64,000 bases of DNA from an uncultured cyanobacterium (GCA_963719515.1 CAVRCJ010000005.1:192001-256000); one strand, 5' to 3'. Positions 30,646 to 41,532 are shown, counted from the stretch's first letter. Program-made: numbers and translations. The notes: generated by a model from the sequence alone, not told the origin.

Positions 30646-30927
30646 CTAGTCCGCCGGCTCGATAGTGCTCATCAGGCCGTGAGATTTCAGCATCTCAGAG
30701 TAAAACTCGGCGTGCTCTTGAGCGCAGACAATGACGACAGCCATACCGTCGCTGTGGGCCTGCATCATAATATCTACTGCCTGAGGCGTTGTCAGGCCAG
30801 CAACCGTCTTGAGCAACACCTCAACGACGTACTCCATAGGATTATGGTCGTCGTTATGAAGCAGGACGCGATATTGGGGGGCGTGCTTGCGCACAGTTGA
30901 ACGCTTCTCGATCGTTTCAACCGACAC
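30646..30927 (-). CDS. clpS: Clp protease adaptor ClpS
   Basis: YRVLLHNDDHNPMEYVV, QEHAEFY. Confidence 0.96.
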   Translation of the reverse strand: MSVETIEKRSTVRKHAPQYRVLLHNDDHNPMEYVVEVLLKTVAGLTTPQAVDIMMQAHSDGMAVVIVCAQEHAEFYSEMLKSHGLMSTIEPAD

Positions 30928-30981
30928 CGTGAACTCTCCTATAGCTGAACTGGAATACAGGACCTTGATCTTACTGAATAA

Positions 30982-31366
30982 TGGAGCTGACGGGAGTCGA
31001 ACCCGTGTCCGCTCTGGGTAGTCATATTCCGCTCATTCACAGGCTTAGCCCACGTTACCCTGTGGGCGGGGATCGTCCATTGTCCCGGACGTGGGATTCT
31101 TTGGTGAGGTCTTAGCTAGCTGTCTACCAAAGACGACAGACTAGAGCATCCGTTGGGGTTAGGTCCACAGCCCTTAACGGAGTCAAGCCGTGGACTCTCG
31201 CGATCTATGAGAGATGCTTAGGCTACAGCAGGTGCGGCCTTGCGAGAGAAAGCTACGATGTTGTTCGCAGTTACGTGTTTTTGAGCCTTTATTTTCGAGA
31301 GTGGGCTCACTCTCGGCCTGAATCACGAAATAACTTTCGCCAAAACGTCGAAACCGTTACAGCCCC
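30982..31366 (-). ncRNA. ssrA: tmRNA; tag peptide ANNIVAFSRKAAPAVA* (31218-31268)
   Basis: 5' GGGGCTGTAACGGTTTCGAC, 3' GGTTCGACTCCCGTCAGCTCCA (CCA not encoded), cyanobacterial-type tag ORF. Confidence 0.97.
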
Positions 31367-31438
31367 GTGCGTTATTCCTATAGTATAGCCTGCTGTCCAA
31401 TGAGTCTGCACAAGTTAAATTTGCGCGAACGAATCTGA

Positions 31439-31828
31439 ATGAATCAAACCCCATACCCCATCTACTGTATCGATCACCAGAGTCAGACGCTTTACGTCGA
31501 GCTGATTCAGGTTGTCGAGTCGCGCCAGCTTGCCTGGGTTCGTCCCCTGATGCTGCTCGCCTCCGGAGAGATGCTGGCGTCTACGCTCTATGGCCGGCAA
31601 GAGGAAGCCGATCTGCTATGCCCCCTGCCCTTGCTGCGGCAAGCACTAGATACTGAAGTTATTCCGCTATTGAGCAAAGCTACTCAGCTTAGCGATAGCA
31701 GCTTGAGCGACAGCGATACGGACGATCGCGGCCTGGGCGATCGCGGATGGCTGCATCGGTTTCTCCAGAAAGTTTGCGTCGACAATCCAGGACTCTTTCA
31801 GTCCTCAGAAGCGTCTAGCAGTGACTAG
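31439..31828 (+). CDS. Conserved hypothetical protein
   Basis: LYVELIQVVESRQLAWVRPL...ALDTEVIPLL, resembling a cyanobacterial hypothetical family. Confidence 0.65.
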   Translation: MNQTPYPIYCIDHQSQTLYVELIQVVESRQLAWVRPLMLLASGEMLASTLYGRQEEADLLCPLPLLRQALDTEVIPLLSKATQLSDSSLSDSDTDDRGLGDRGWLHRFLQKVCVDNPGLFQSSEASSSD

Positions 31829-32012
31829 CAACCGTCTGCACCCGGCCCGCGTCCATTTCCGACATCAGCAGCTCTAGGGCCTCATAGTCGACGTCCGAAA
31901 GACAGCCCAGCTGGGTGAGCTCGCAGCTAATCTGATTTTCCATGTCGGGCGTTAACCGCCTGATGTATAGAGCCTGCTCTACAAGCTGGCGAATGACGTG
32001 ATTTGCTTTCAT
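31815..32012 (-). CDS. Small conserved hypothetical protein (65 aa)
   Basis: IRQLVEQAL...LTP..E..I...SDVDYEALELLM.EMDAGRV. GAGGA RBS upstream. Confidence 0.75.
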   Translation of the reverse strand: MKANHVIRQLVEQALYIRRLTPDMENQISCELTQLGCLSDVDYEALELLMSEMDAGRVQTVASHC

Positions 32013-32165
32013 AGCGCTATCCTCAAAGCGTGAACGGACTTCAACATTTCCTTTTGCTGACGAGTTGACTTTAGACGAGCGCCGTCACGCTGCTGAACGT
32101 ATACCACGCCACATTAACTGTGCCAGATGCCGGCTTAGAGGCCAGTGACTCACGGACGGGGTCAA

Positions 32166-32181
32166 TGTGATACTCATCACC
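32166..32181. promoter_or_regulatory. CRP (SyCRP1)-type binding site
   Basis: TGTGA-TACTCA-TCACC, one mismatch to TGTGA-N6-TCACA, in a divergent intergenic region. Confidence 0.55.
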
Positions 32182-32386
32182 AAAGCTTAGGGTCAGTATA
32201 CGGATGTTGCCCGCCGGATCCAATAGACCAATGGACGCAATGTGCTATTGTCCACCGGCCTAGAGTTTTCTAAGAAGCTCATAGCGCTCTGGACTGAGGC
32301 ATTGGGCGCGAGGTAGAACGCTACGAGCGGAGGCGCTATGATAGATAACCTGACCATCATTTCAAACCTATACCCCCGTTGCCCCT

Positions 32387-35182
32387 GTGACCGCCACTAT
32401 CGAGCAGCTGCTTACGCCAGAAATTCTTCGTCCGGCTCGCTACCTGGGTAACGAGCGAGGGGCCGTCCACAAAAGCTGGACGGATACTGACGTTCGCTGG
32501 GTGCTCACCTATCCAGAGATCTACGAGGTCGGTGCGTCTAACCTGGGCCACATAATTCTCTACAGCATCATCAATGCCCAGCCTCGCCAGCTTTGCGATC
32601 GCGCTTATCTACCCGGCTCAGACCTAGCCCAGAAGCTGAGGCAGACCCAAACGCCCTTATTTGCCGTCGAGTCTCGCCGTTCGCTGAGCGATTTTGACAT
32701 TTTGGGCTTCAGCCTCAGCTACGAGTTAGGGGCCACCAATATTCTAGAAATGCTCAGCTTGGCGGGTATTCCCCTCACCTGGCGCGAGCGCGATGCTGCG
32801 AGCTTACAGGGGCAAGACTATCCGCTGATCTTTGCAGGCGGACAGACCGCTACCTCTAACCCAGAGCCCTACGCAGACTTTTTCGACTTTGTGGCTTTGG
32901 GAGACGGCGAAGATCTGTTGCCGGAAATCGGACTTGTGATCGAAGAAGGAAAAGCCGCTGGCCTGAGCCGCCAGGCCCTCCTGCTGGATCTAGCCCAGGT
33001 TCCGGGGGTTTATGTCCCTCGCTTTTATCAACCGGACGGGCGCGGTGCCGTGCTGCCGATTCACCCTGAAGTCCCACCCCGAGTGATGCGCCGCGTAGCC
33101 GACCCCATGCCCGCTTACTCCGTCGGACTCGTTCCCTTTGTGGAGACGGTGCATGACCGCCTCACCGTGGAAGTGCGCCGGGGCTGTACTCGGGGCTGCC
33201 GGTTTTGCCAGCCGGGAATGCTGACCCGCCCGGCCCGCGACGTTGCCCCCGAGGAGGTCATCGACACCATTGAGCAGGGCATCCGCGAGACGGGGTTCAA
33301 CGAGCTGTCCCTACTGTCTCTGAGCTGCTCTGATTATTTGGCGCTGCCCGCCGTAGGCCTGGAGATTCGCAATCGATTGAAGCAGGACAATATCTCCCTT
33401 TCCCTGCCCAGCCAGCGCGTCGATCGCTTTGATGAGAATATTGCAAATGTGGTGGGGGGCACCCGCAAAAGTAGCCTCACCTTTGCCCCCGAGGCCGGCA
33501 CTCAGCGGATGCGGGACATTATCAATAAAGGGCTCACCAACGAGGAGCTGCTGCGGGGCGTCAAAACTGCTTACGAGCAGGGGTGGAATCGGGTCAAGCT
33601 CTACTTTATGATTGGCCTGCCGGGGGAGACCGACGCCGACGTGTTGGGCATCGCAGAAACTCTACGTTGGCTGCGCCGCAGCTGCCGTCAGGAAAGCCGT
33701 AAGTCCCTGGATTTTACGGTGACGATTTCTAATTTCACCCCCAAACCCCATACGCCTTTCCAATGGCACTCGGTGTCGACCACCGAATTCAAGCGCAAGC
33801 AGGCGCTGTTACGGGAGGCGTTTCGCGGCATTCGTGGGCTAAAAGCTAATTTTACCGACGTGCGCATTTCGGCCATGGAGGACTTTATTGGACGGGGCGA
33901 TCGCCGTTTGGCGCCGGTGGTAAAGCGCGCCTGGGAGCTAGGGGCAGGCATGGATGCCTGGTGGGAGAGCCTAGACCGGGCCTTTGGGGCTTGGGTGCAG
34001 GCGATTGAGGAGGCGGGGCTGAGCTGGAAGTACCGTCAGGTGGATGAGGGAGAGTGGAATTTGTTTGAGGACGTCTCTGACCTAAGGGCTGACGCTGAGA
34101 ACTCTAATGTTGAAGCTTTTAGCCCTGAGCCTAGCCCTGGTTCTGGCGAAGACGTCAAAAGCGACGCCGAAGAGCGGCTGGCCGCGCTGCTGGAAGCGCC
34201 CCTCCCTTGGGACCATATCGATACGGGGATTGATAAGCGCTGGCTACAGGAAGACCTACACCGAGCGCTTGAAGCTGCCACGGTACCGGACTGCGCGTTT
34301 GAGGGCTGCTCCCACTGCGGCATCTGCGGCCCTGACTTCGGCCACAACGTCGTCGTTCCCCCGCCGCCGATTCCGCTGCTAGAAGCACCTGAAATCCCCA
34401 AAGATCGGCAGCAGCGGCTGCGGCTGCACTTCGGCAAGCTCGGGGACGTCGCCCTGATGAGCCACCTCGATTTGGTTAGACTCTTTGACCGCGCCCTCAG
34501 GCGGGCAGCCCTGCCGATAGCCTTTACCGGGGGGTATCACCCAGGCCCTCGGATTGCCCCGGCAAGCGCCCTTCCTTTGGGAATGACCAGCTCAGGAGAG
34601 CTGGTCGACATCGAGCTGCACAAGTTTATGGATCCCTTGGCATTTCAGCAGCGGTTGGTCGCTCAGCTCCCTGGCGACTTGCCTATCTATAGCGTGGCCG
34701 ACGTTCCCCTCTCTGAGCCCTCTGCCACCAAACAGCTCGACCGGGCAACCTACGTGATCACCGTCGCTACTGCTCCTGAGGACAGTTCAGAGGCGATCGC
34801 TCAAGACCCAGCATCACCGACGGCCTTGCAATGGCAAGCTTGGACCAGCGCTATTTTAGCGGCTACCGACATCAGCGTTGAGAAGAAGACAAAGTCCGGC
34901 AAGACAAAGACCGTCAACTTGAGAGACTGGCTCTACCATCTAGAGTGGGTGGCCCCCAGTGAGGCTCCGCCGCTGCCAGGGTTTTGCTCCCCCATCAATA
35001 CTGGCGGTAACGGCGATTATGACGACGGCGCGGCCACGCTGCGCTACACGGGCAGCTGCCGAAATGACGGCACCATGCTGCAGCCCGCGCAGGCCGTAGC
35101 GATGCTAGAGCATGTGAGTCAGCGTCCCGTTCAGCTCCTCCATGCCCACCGCCAAAGCCTTGTCTTAGGCACTGACGCCTAG
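32387..35182 (+). CDS. TIGR03960-family B12-binding radical SAM protein fused to a TIGR03936/DUF2344 domain
   Basis: RPARYLGNE, GCTRGCRFC, C-terminal SHLDLVRLFDRALRRA..P..FTGGYHP. Confidence 0.92.
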   Translation: MTATIEQLLTPEILRPARYLGNERGAVHKSWTDTDVRWVLTYPEIYEVGASNLGHIILYSIINAQPRQLCDRAYLPGSDLAQKLRQTQTPLFAVESRRSLSDFDILGFSLSYELGATNILEMLSLAGIPLTWRERDAASLQGQDYPLIFAGGQTATSNPEPYADFFDFVALGDGEDLLPEIGLVIEEGKAAGLSRQALLLDLAQVPGVYVPRFYQPDGRGAVLPIHPEVPPRVMRRVADPMPAYSVGLVPFVETVHDRLTVEVRRGCTRGCRFCQPGMLTRPARDVAPEEVIDTIEQGIRETGFNELSLLSLSCSDYLALPAVGLEIRNRLKQDNISLSLPSQRVDRFDENIANVVGGTRKSSLTFAPEAGTQRMRDIINKGLTNEELLRGVKTAYEQGWNRVKLYFMIGLPGETDADVLGIAETLRWLRRSCRQESRKSLDFTVTISNFTPKPHTPFQWHSVSTTEFKRKQALLREAFRGIRGLKANFTDVRISAMEDFIGRGDRRLAPVVKRAWELGAGMDAWWESLDRAFGAWVQAIEEAGLSWKYRQVDEGEWNLFEDVSDLRADAENSNVEAFSPEPSPGSGEDVKSDAEERLAALLEAPLPWDHIDTGIDKRWLQEDLHRALEAATVPDCAFEGCSHCGICGPDFGHNVVVPPPPIPLLEAPEIPKDRQQRLRLHFGKLGDVALMSHLDLVRLFDRALRRAALPIAFTGGYHPGPRIAPASALPLGMTSSGELVDIELHKFMDPLAFQQRLVAQLPGDLPIYSVADVPLSEPSATKQLDRATYVITVATAPEDSSEAIAQDPASPTALQWQAWTSAILAATDISVEKKTKSGKTKTVNLRDWLYHLEWVAPSEAPPLPGFCSPINTGGNGDYDDGAATLRYTGSCRNDGTMLQPAQAVAMLEHVSQRPVQLLHAHRQSLVLGTDA

Positions 35183-35245
35183 CTGGGCTGCCGGCGCTAG
35201 GTAAGAGATTTTTAAGCGGATGATGGCACAGTGGGTCACCCGCGC

Positions 35246-35687
35246 TATAATGCTCCCCATGTAGGGGAATTTGCCTACGGGGCCAATTCGGCTAGCTGGA
35301 GCCAGCTGAATTCCGGTAGGGAGGTTTCTCCAGAAAGATTTGGACGTTTGCTGAATTTCTGTAGCTGAGGCTCAGACCTGTTGTTCTGGGCTTTACCTAG
35401 CGAGATGGTTCATCAAGGTCGGCGGGCAGCAAATGGCCACCCAGGACGCTGCTGACGCGTTTGAGTTATGTTACAAGCTTGGACTAGGGCTTCCGAGATA
35501 GGAGCACTAGTCCAGTGGCCCGAGGAGCATCAACGCCACCAGATGTCACAGCGCTTGTGTTTTGGATTGTTGGAGTCAGGTTTTTGAGAACAAGCTACCA
35601 CCATTATTTTTTGACGTTGCCCGCTGCGGGACTTGCGAACGACGCATACGAGTTCCCGAGGGCCAAATAGAGTTTTGAGGAAATTGA
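35246..35687 (+). promoter_or_regulatory. rne promoter and long structured 5' UTR
   Basis: TATAAT at 35246-35251, ~430 nt leader with several hairpins and U-rich tracts (TCAGGTTTTTGAG at 35576). Confidence 0.6.
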
Positions 35688-37868
35688 ATGCCTAAGCAGA
35701 TTGTTATTGCTGAGCAGCACCGTATTGCTGCCGTCTTTTCAGAAGACCAGATCCAGGAGTTGATAGTTGCCAAAGGAACCCATCAGGTTGGCGATATTTA
35801 TGTCGGTACGGTCGAGAACGTTTTACCCAGTATCGATGCCGCCTTTGTAAACATTGGAGACGCCGACCGCAACGGGTTCATCCATGTCAGCGATCTGGGG
35901 CCGATTCGCCTGAAGCGAACAACGGCAGCGCCGATTACCGAACTGCTAGCGCCTCAGCAAAAGGCGCTAGTGCAGATCATGAAAGAGCCTACGGGCAACA
36001 AAGGCCCCCGACTGACGGGCAACGTCAGTCTTCCGGGTCGCTACCTGGTGCTGATGCCCTTTGGTCGAGGCGTCAATCTGTCGCGACGAATTCGCAACGA
36101 GGGGGAGCGCAACCGTCTCAGGGCGCTCTCCATTTTGCTGAAGCCCGCCGGGATGGGGCTGCTGGTGAGAACTGAAGCGGAAGGGGTGCCTGAAGAGGCC
36201 ATCATCGAAGACCTAGAGGCACTGCAGCAGCAGTGGGAAATTGTGCAGCAAGAGGCGGAAACCACGCGCCCCCCCAATCTGCTCAACCGAGACGACGATT
36301 TCATTCAGCGCGTGCTGCGCGATGTTTACAGTGCGGACGTCAACCGGATTGTGGTCGACTCTCACCCTGGCTTAAAGCGAGTTAAGCAGCATCTAACGAC
36401 GTGGAATGGCGGGCGATCGCCCCAGGGTGTACTGATTGATCACCACCGCGATCGCGCCCCTATCCTCGACTTTTTCCGGGTCAATGCGGCCATTCGCGAG
36501 GCGCTCAAGCCTCGGGTGGACCTGCCGTCGGGGGGCTACGTCATTATTGAGCTTACCGAGGCACTGACGGTAGTTGACGTCAACTCCGGCTCGTTTACCC
36601 GCTCCGCCACTTCTCGGGAAACCGTACTGTGGACCAACTGTGAAGCGGCCACCGAGATCGCTCGCCAGCTGCGGCTGCGCAACATCGCCGGGGTAATTAT
36701 TATCGACTTTATCGATATGGATGCCCGCCGCGACCAGCTGCAGGTGCTTGAGACCTTCAACCGAGAGCTAAAGTCCGACAAGGCTCGTCCTCAGATTGCT
36801 CAGCTCTCTGAGCTAGGGCTTGTAGAGCTCACCCGCAAGCGCCAAGGACAGAACATCTATGAGCTCTTTGGTAAAAGCTGCCCGACCTGCGGTGGATTGG
36901 GCCACTTGGTTCACCTACCGGGAGAGGCAACGCAGCCATCAAACCTGGTAGCAGAGCCCGTAGAGCAGCATATTCCCCAGCAGCAGCAGCGGGTGATTAC
37001 TGTAGGAGAAACTCGCGAATCAATGTCCACCGCCGATCGGGACAGCGCTGTGCCCGTGAAGGCGGCTCCAGCGGTGGTGGAAAATGGAGACGCGCAGCCC
37101 TCGCCAGAGCGTAGTGGAGGACAAAACCGCCGTCGCCGCCGTGACCCGAGCGTGACAGCGGCTAAGTCTGCGCCTCCGGTAGAAGTTACGCCCGCTCCGC
37201 CAGTCGAATCAGAAGACAAGAGCAGCAACGGCTCGGTTAAGGTGAAAGGGCGCGCTGAGAAAAGCGATCGCAGCTCCCGACGCGATCGCCCCTCAGAGCC
37301 GCCAGAAGTGGTCGTCGTTGAAATGACGCCTCAAGAGCAGGAGATCTATGCCCTGATGGGCATCTCCCCTCTAGTCCTGTCGACAGAGACGGTCAAAAAC
37401 CCCAAGACGGCAATCGTCAGCGTTGCCGCCCCCGGAGAGCAGGGGCAAGTCAAGCAAATGATTATGGCAGAGGTGCTTCAGTCTCAAGGCGTTGAGCCTG
37501 CGGACACAGGGGCGAAGAGTGAGCCTAAAGGTCTATCGCCCCGGGAGAGCGACTCAAGCCAGCCCGTAACGACCAACGGTGAGGCGGTCCCGCAGCGCAA
37601 AGTTATCCAGATTCCGTCTCCCCAGAAAAGCGAAGCGGCTCCTGTGCCCAGCCCAAACCTCAGCCCCAGCAGCGTCAGCGAACCCGTTCCCGAGCCGACC
37701 GTCAGCGCACCCACCTCTAGCGCGCCGATCTCTAGCGCGCCAATTACCAGCGTGCCGGAGGAGCCAACCCCCGCACCAACCCCCGCGTCAGGTGGAGACG
37801 ATGCCGCTGACGATACAGGCAAGACCCGCCGCCGTCGCCGCCGGTCTTCAGCCTCCAAGGAATCCTAG
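35688..37868 (+). CDS. rne: Ribonuclease E
   Basis: S1 domain, VDVNSG, IDFIDM, CPTCGG, disordered C-half ending RRRRRRSSA. Confidence 0.97.
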   Translation: MPKQIVIAEQHRIAAVFSEDQIQELIVAKGTHQVGDIYVGTVENVLPSIDAAFVNIGDADRNGFIHVSDLGPIRLKRTTAAPITELLAPQQKALVQIMKEPTGNKGPRLTGNVSLPGRYLVLMPFGRGVNLSRRIRNEGERNRLRALSILLKPAGMGLLVRTEAEGVPEEAIIEDLEALQQQWEIVQQEAETTRPPNLLNRDDDFIQRVLRDVYSADVNRIVVDSHPGLKRVKQHLTTWNGGRSPQGVLIDHHRDRAPILDFFRVNAAIREALKPRVDLPSGGYVIIELTEALTVVDVNSGSFTRSATSRETVLWTNCEAATEIARQLRLRNIAGVIIIDFIDMDARRDQLQVLETFNRELKSDKARPQIAQLSELGLVELTRKRQGQNIYELFGKSCPTCGGLGHLVHLPGEATQPSNLVAEPVEQHIPQQQQRVITVGETRESMSTADRDSAVPVKAAPAVVENGDAQPSPERSGGQNRRRRRDPSVTAAKSAPPVEVTPAPPVESEDKSSNGSVKVKGRAEKSDRSSRRDRPSEPPEVVVVEMTPQEQEIYALMGISPLVLSTETVKNPKTAIVSVAAPGEQGQVKQMIMAEVLQSQGVEPADTGAKSEPKGLSPRESDSSQPVTTNGEAVPQRKVIQIPSPQKSEAAPVPSPNLSPSSVSEPVPEPTVSAPTSSAPISSAPITSVPEEPTPAPTPASGGDDAADDTGKTRRRRRRSSASKES

Positions 37869-37916
37869 GGAAAGCTTTTGGTCAGGCCGTGTTCCTATGC
37901 CTGCGGCACCGTACGG

Positions 37917-38534
37917 ATGGACCGTATTATCGCAGGCGTAGACGAGGTTGGCAGGGGAGCGCTATTTGGGCCAGTGGTAGCCGCCGCCGCCATCCTGCCC
38001 GCTGCAGTCCAGCCCACGTTGGTTCAAGCTGGGGTCACCGACAGCAAAGCGCTCTCGCCTCTGCGCCGGGAAGAGCTCTATGACCAAATTCTAGCTCTTT
38101 CCGTCTGCGCCGTTGGCATGGCCTCTGTGCAGGAAATTGAGCGGCTCAACATCCTGCAGGCCTCCCTTTTAGCGATGCGGCGGGCCGTTTGGCGGCTGAA
38201 ACTAAAGCCTACCCACTGTCTAGTAGACGGCAATCAGCTCATCCCTAAGCTAGGAATTGCGCAGAAGACCCTCATCAAAGGCGATCGCCGTTCGCTGGCA
38301 ATCGCGGCGGCCAGCATCGTGGCTAAAGTGTGGCGCGATCGGCTGATTATCCGGCTCGCGGAAAAATATCCCGACTACGACTTAGCCTCTAATAAGGGAT
38401 ACGGTACGCCAAAGCATCAGGCCGGTCTGCGGGAACTTGGACCGACGCGCTACCACCGCCTTTCGTTTCGGACCTGTAGAGAGGCAGTGACGGCAGGTTC
38501 TAATTCGACATCCCAGCAGGGTCAGTTGTTTTAG
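37917..38534 (+). CDS. rnhB: Ribonuclease HII
   Basis: GVDEVGRG, DSK, VDGN, AAASIVAKV, NKGYGT. Confidence 0.97.
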   Translation: MDRIIAGVDEVGRGALFGPVVAAAAILPAAVQPTLVQAGVTDSKALSPLRREELYDQILALSVCAVGMASVQEIERLNILQASLLAMRRAVWRLKLKPTHCLVDGNQLIPKLGIAQKTLIKGDRRSLAIAAASIVAKVWRDRLIIRLAEKYPDYDLASNKGYGTPKHQAGLRELGPTRYHRLSFRTCREAVTAGSNSTSQQGQLF

Positions 38535-38544
38535 CAGCAAAGCC

Positions 38545-38574
38545 ACAGGGGGCGCAGCATGCTGCGCCCCCTGT
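38545..38574. repeat. Perfect 30-bp palindrome between convergent rnhB and typA (REP-like or terminator)
   Basis: ACAGGGGGCGCAGCA|TGCTGCGCCCCCTGT. Confidence 0.75.
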
Positions 38575-38609
38575 AGTGCGACTCCAAGTTTTGCAGCAGG
38601 GCAGTTGGC

Positions 38610-40403
38610 CTAGCGCTTCTTCGCTAGCTTCTTAGACATCTTCCTCAAGCGGATAGACTCTGGCGTCACCTCAACGAGCTCGTCGGGGCCAATGTACTCA
38701 AGCGCGCGCTCTAAGCTCATGTCTACAGGAGTCTGCAGCTGCACCAGCTCATCGCCGCTCGCCGCTCGGTGGTTCGTGAGCTGCTTTGTCTTGCAGACGT
38801 TAAGCTCTAGATCCTGAGGTCGGTTGTTCTCCCCAATGATCATGCCCTTGTAAACCTTGACGCCAGGCTCGATGAAGAAAGACCCCCGGTCCTCAGCGTT
38901 CTTGAGCGCGTAAAACGTTGCAACCCCCTCCTCAAAGGAAATCAGTACGCCGTTACGCCGCGTATCTAGGTCACCCAGCATGGGCCGGTAGTCAAGGAAG
39001 CTGTGGTTCATGATGCCATCGCCCCGCGTCAGCCGCATGAAGTCACCCCGAAAGCCAATCAGCCCCCTTGCTGGGACAACAAACTCTAGCTGAGTGCGAC
39101 CATTACCGCCCGCCATCATGTTTTGCATTTCTGCTTTGCGCTGGCCCAGCCGCTCGATGCATCCCCCCGTAGACTCATCAGGCACGTCTAGCACCAATAG
39201 CTCGTAGGGCTCGCAGGGCTGACCGCTGATTTCGCGAAAGATTACCTGCGGCTGAGAGACCTGAAACTCGTAGCCCTCTCGGCGCATGGTCTCGATTAAA
39301 ATGCCTAGGTGAAGTTCGCCCCGGCCTGAAACCGAAAACTTATCCGGCGTGTCTGTAGGCTCAACCCGGAGGGCTACATTGGTCTCTAGCTCACGCTCTA
39401 GGCGATCGCGCAGCTGACGAGAGGTCACAAAGTCACCTTCTTGACCGGCGAAGGGAGAGTCGTTGACGCAGAAGGTCATCTGCAGCGTCGGTTCGTCGAC
39501 GTCAATTAGCGGCAGCGCCTGAGGATTTTCCGGGCAGGTAATCGTCTCGCCGATATTGGCGTCGGAGAAACCTGCCACCGCCACTAGGTTTCCAGCCTCT
39601 GACTGATCGATTTCGATGCGCTGTAGCCCTTCAAAGCCCAAAAGCTTTGTGATCTTGGACTTGACCGTCGAGCCATCGGCTTTGATCAACGCCGCCTGCT
39701 GTCCCGCTTTGATGCGACCATTGTGAATACGACCAATGACAATCCGACCCAAGTAGTCAGAATAATCTAGCGTCGTTACCTGCAGCTGTAAGGGCTTTTC
39801 AGCATCTCCAATCGGTGGCGGAACGTGGTTGACGATTGACTCGAACAGCGGCCCCATGTCCTCGCTATCGCTCTCCATGTCAGTTTTGGCGTAACCATCT
39901 AAGCCAGAGGCAAACAGGTAGGGAAATTCGCATTGGTCGTCGTCAGCCCCCAGTTCTAAAAATAGGTCGAGGACTTTGTCAATCGCACCGTAGGGATCGG
40001 CCTGGGGGCGGTCAATTTTATTGACGACCACGATAGGCCGTAGCCCTTTCTCTAAGGCTTTCTTGAGCACAAACCGCGTTTGGGGCATCGGCCCCTCGTT
40101 GGCGTCGACGATCAAAACGCAGCCATCCACCATCCCCAGCACTCGCTCGACCTCACCACCGAAATCGGCGTGACCCGGCGTATCAACAATGTTGACGCGC
40201 TTATCCTGATAGCGAACAGCCGTGTTCTTCGACAAAATGGTGATACCACGCTCACGCTCCAGCGTGTTTGAGTCCATCACGCAGTCTGGGACTTCCTCAC
40301 CCTCACGGAAAATGCCTGACTGTTTCAGCATGGCATCGACCAGCGTGGTTTTGCCGTGGTCGACGTGAGCAATAATGGCGACGTTACGGATCAAAGAAGT
40401 CAT
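38610..40403 (-). CDS. typA: Translational GTPase TypA/BipA
   Basis: [38 protein letters not shown]. Confidence 0.98.
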   Translation of the reverse strand: MTSLIRNVAIIAHVDHGKTTLVDAMLKQSGIFREGEEVPDCVMDSNTLERERGITILSKNTAVRYQDKRVNIVDTPGHADFGGEVERVLGMVDGCVLIVDANEGPMPQTRFVLKKALEKGLRPIVVVNKIDRPQADPYGAIDKVLDLFLELGADDDQCEFPYLFASGLDGYAKTDMESDSEDMGPLFESIVNHVPPPIGDAEKPLQLQVTTLDYSDYLGRIVIGRIHNGRIKAGQQAALIKADGSTVKSKITKLLGFEGLQRIEIDQSEAGNLVAVAGFSDANIGETITCPENPQALPLIDVDEPTLQMTFCVNDSPFAGQEGDFVTSRQLRDRLERELETNVALRVEPTDTPDKFSVSGRGELHLGILIETMRREGYEFQVSQPQVIFREISGQPCEPYELLVLDVPDESTGGCIERLGQRKAEMQNMMAGGNGRTQLEFVVPARGLIGFRGDFMRLTRGDGIMNHSFLDYRPMLGDLDTRRNGVLISFEEGVATFYALKNAEDRGSFFIEPGVKVYKGMIIGENNRPQDLELNVCKTKQLTNHRAASGDELVQLQTPVDMSLERALEYIGPDELVEVTPESIRLRKMSKKLAKKR

Positions 40404-40780
40404 AGGAGTTCTCGAGATGGAGGACAAGATACGCGTAAGGAAGAACAGGGAACGGCGATCTTACCGCAGCTACCGCAGTCGGACCCGTTGCTGATTTGGA
40501 ATAATTACGGTTGAATTGAGCGCAGCAGTACAGATTGCAGTCACGCACCAGTCACAATCACGCTGCAGCATGAGCTGCCGCACAGTATGACCTCATATGA
40601 AGAAGCCTTAACAATTTTATCTCAATACGTTACGAATTGCCCACAGGCCGAAACAGTCCGGCTCTTCTCAATGGGTCAGGTGATGCCAGTTAACTGCCGA
40701 TCACGCGCCTATTCCACAGGCGATCGCCAAAGGCCGCGCTGGTCAATCAGGTTCGAAGGGTCCGGTGCCTCTGAGTTTGA

Positions 40781-41269
40781 TTACCACGGTTCAGACTGAC
40801 AAATTTCCAGCATCCGCTCGTCGTTTGCGCTCAGCCCCTCCATCGCGTTTAGCCCTTCAAGACCAAGATCTAATGGTGCTGCAGCTTCTGAGGCGAAGAC
40901 GCTCTGACGCTCAACTAGGGCAATCTCGTAACTGACCGTGGTTTGTTCGTAGCTATTGCGAATCGTTACGGCTAGGCGATCGCCTTCGACCTGGCCCTGA
41001 AAGCAGTCGAACGACGAGTAGGGCATGTAGAATGCACCCGTAACCTGGCCTTCACGGGCAGCGAACACGATGTAGATCGAGCCTACCTGCTCAGGTTCTG
41101 CCGCTTCTCCAAAAAGGTAGTGCCCTTCTGGAAACCGAAGCTGACGGTCTGAGGCGATCGCGATCCCTCCTATGGGCAAGCTCATCAGAAACGCCAGAAA
41201 AGCGCCCTGCCACCTTCGTCCAAGGCGAAAGAGGTAAGGGTAGGGCTGTGTGTTTAAATGCTTCACCAA
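40781..41269 (-). CDS. Hypothetical exported protein
   Basis: Hydrophobic signal-like stretch then G.YLFGE..EPEQVG..Y.VF...GAFYMP.SSFDCF.G. Start uncertain. Confidence 0.65.
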   Translation of the reverse strand: MVKHLNTQPYPYLFRLGRRWQGAFLAFLMSLPIGGIAIASDRQLRFPEGHYLFGEAAEPEQVGSIYIVFAAREGQVTGAFYMPYSSFDCFQGQVEGDRLAVTIRNSYEQTTVSYEIALVERQSVFASEAAAPLDLGLEGLNAMEGLSANDERMLEICQSEPW

Positions 41270-41532
41270 ATCCTCTCAACTGCCAGCCCGGTGCTGACCA
41301 CTAGCAAGTGTCCTGATGCGCTGAGACACTCACGCGCTGCGTCGCCTGTGTCGCGTAGTGCTCTGAACTAAAAGTTCTGTTTCAGGCGATACAGCTAACG
41401 CTATATATTTAACCTTATCTAAAAACAGAAGCCGACCCAGGACGCTGCTTACAAGACTTCACAGAAGAGCTCGGTGCCCTAGGTGGCCAGATGGGATTCG
41501 TTATTTTCACTCAAAAATTCTGAAGCATCAGG

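Noticed and set aside
30961..31010. tRNA gene or prophage att site
   Set aside because: It is the tRNA-like 3' end of tmRNA. No duplicate of it and no integrase were seen in the window.
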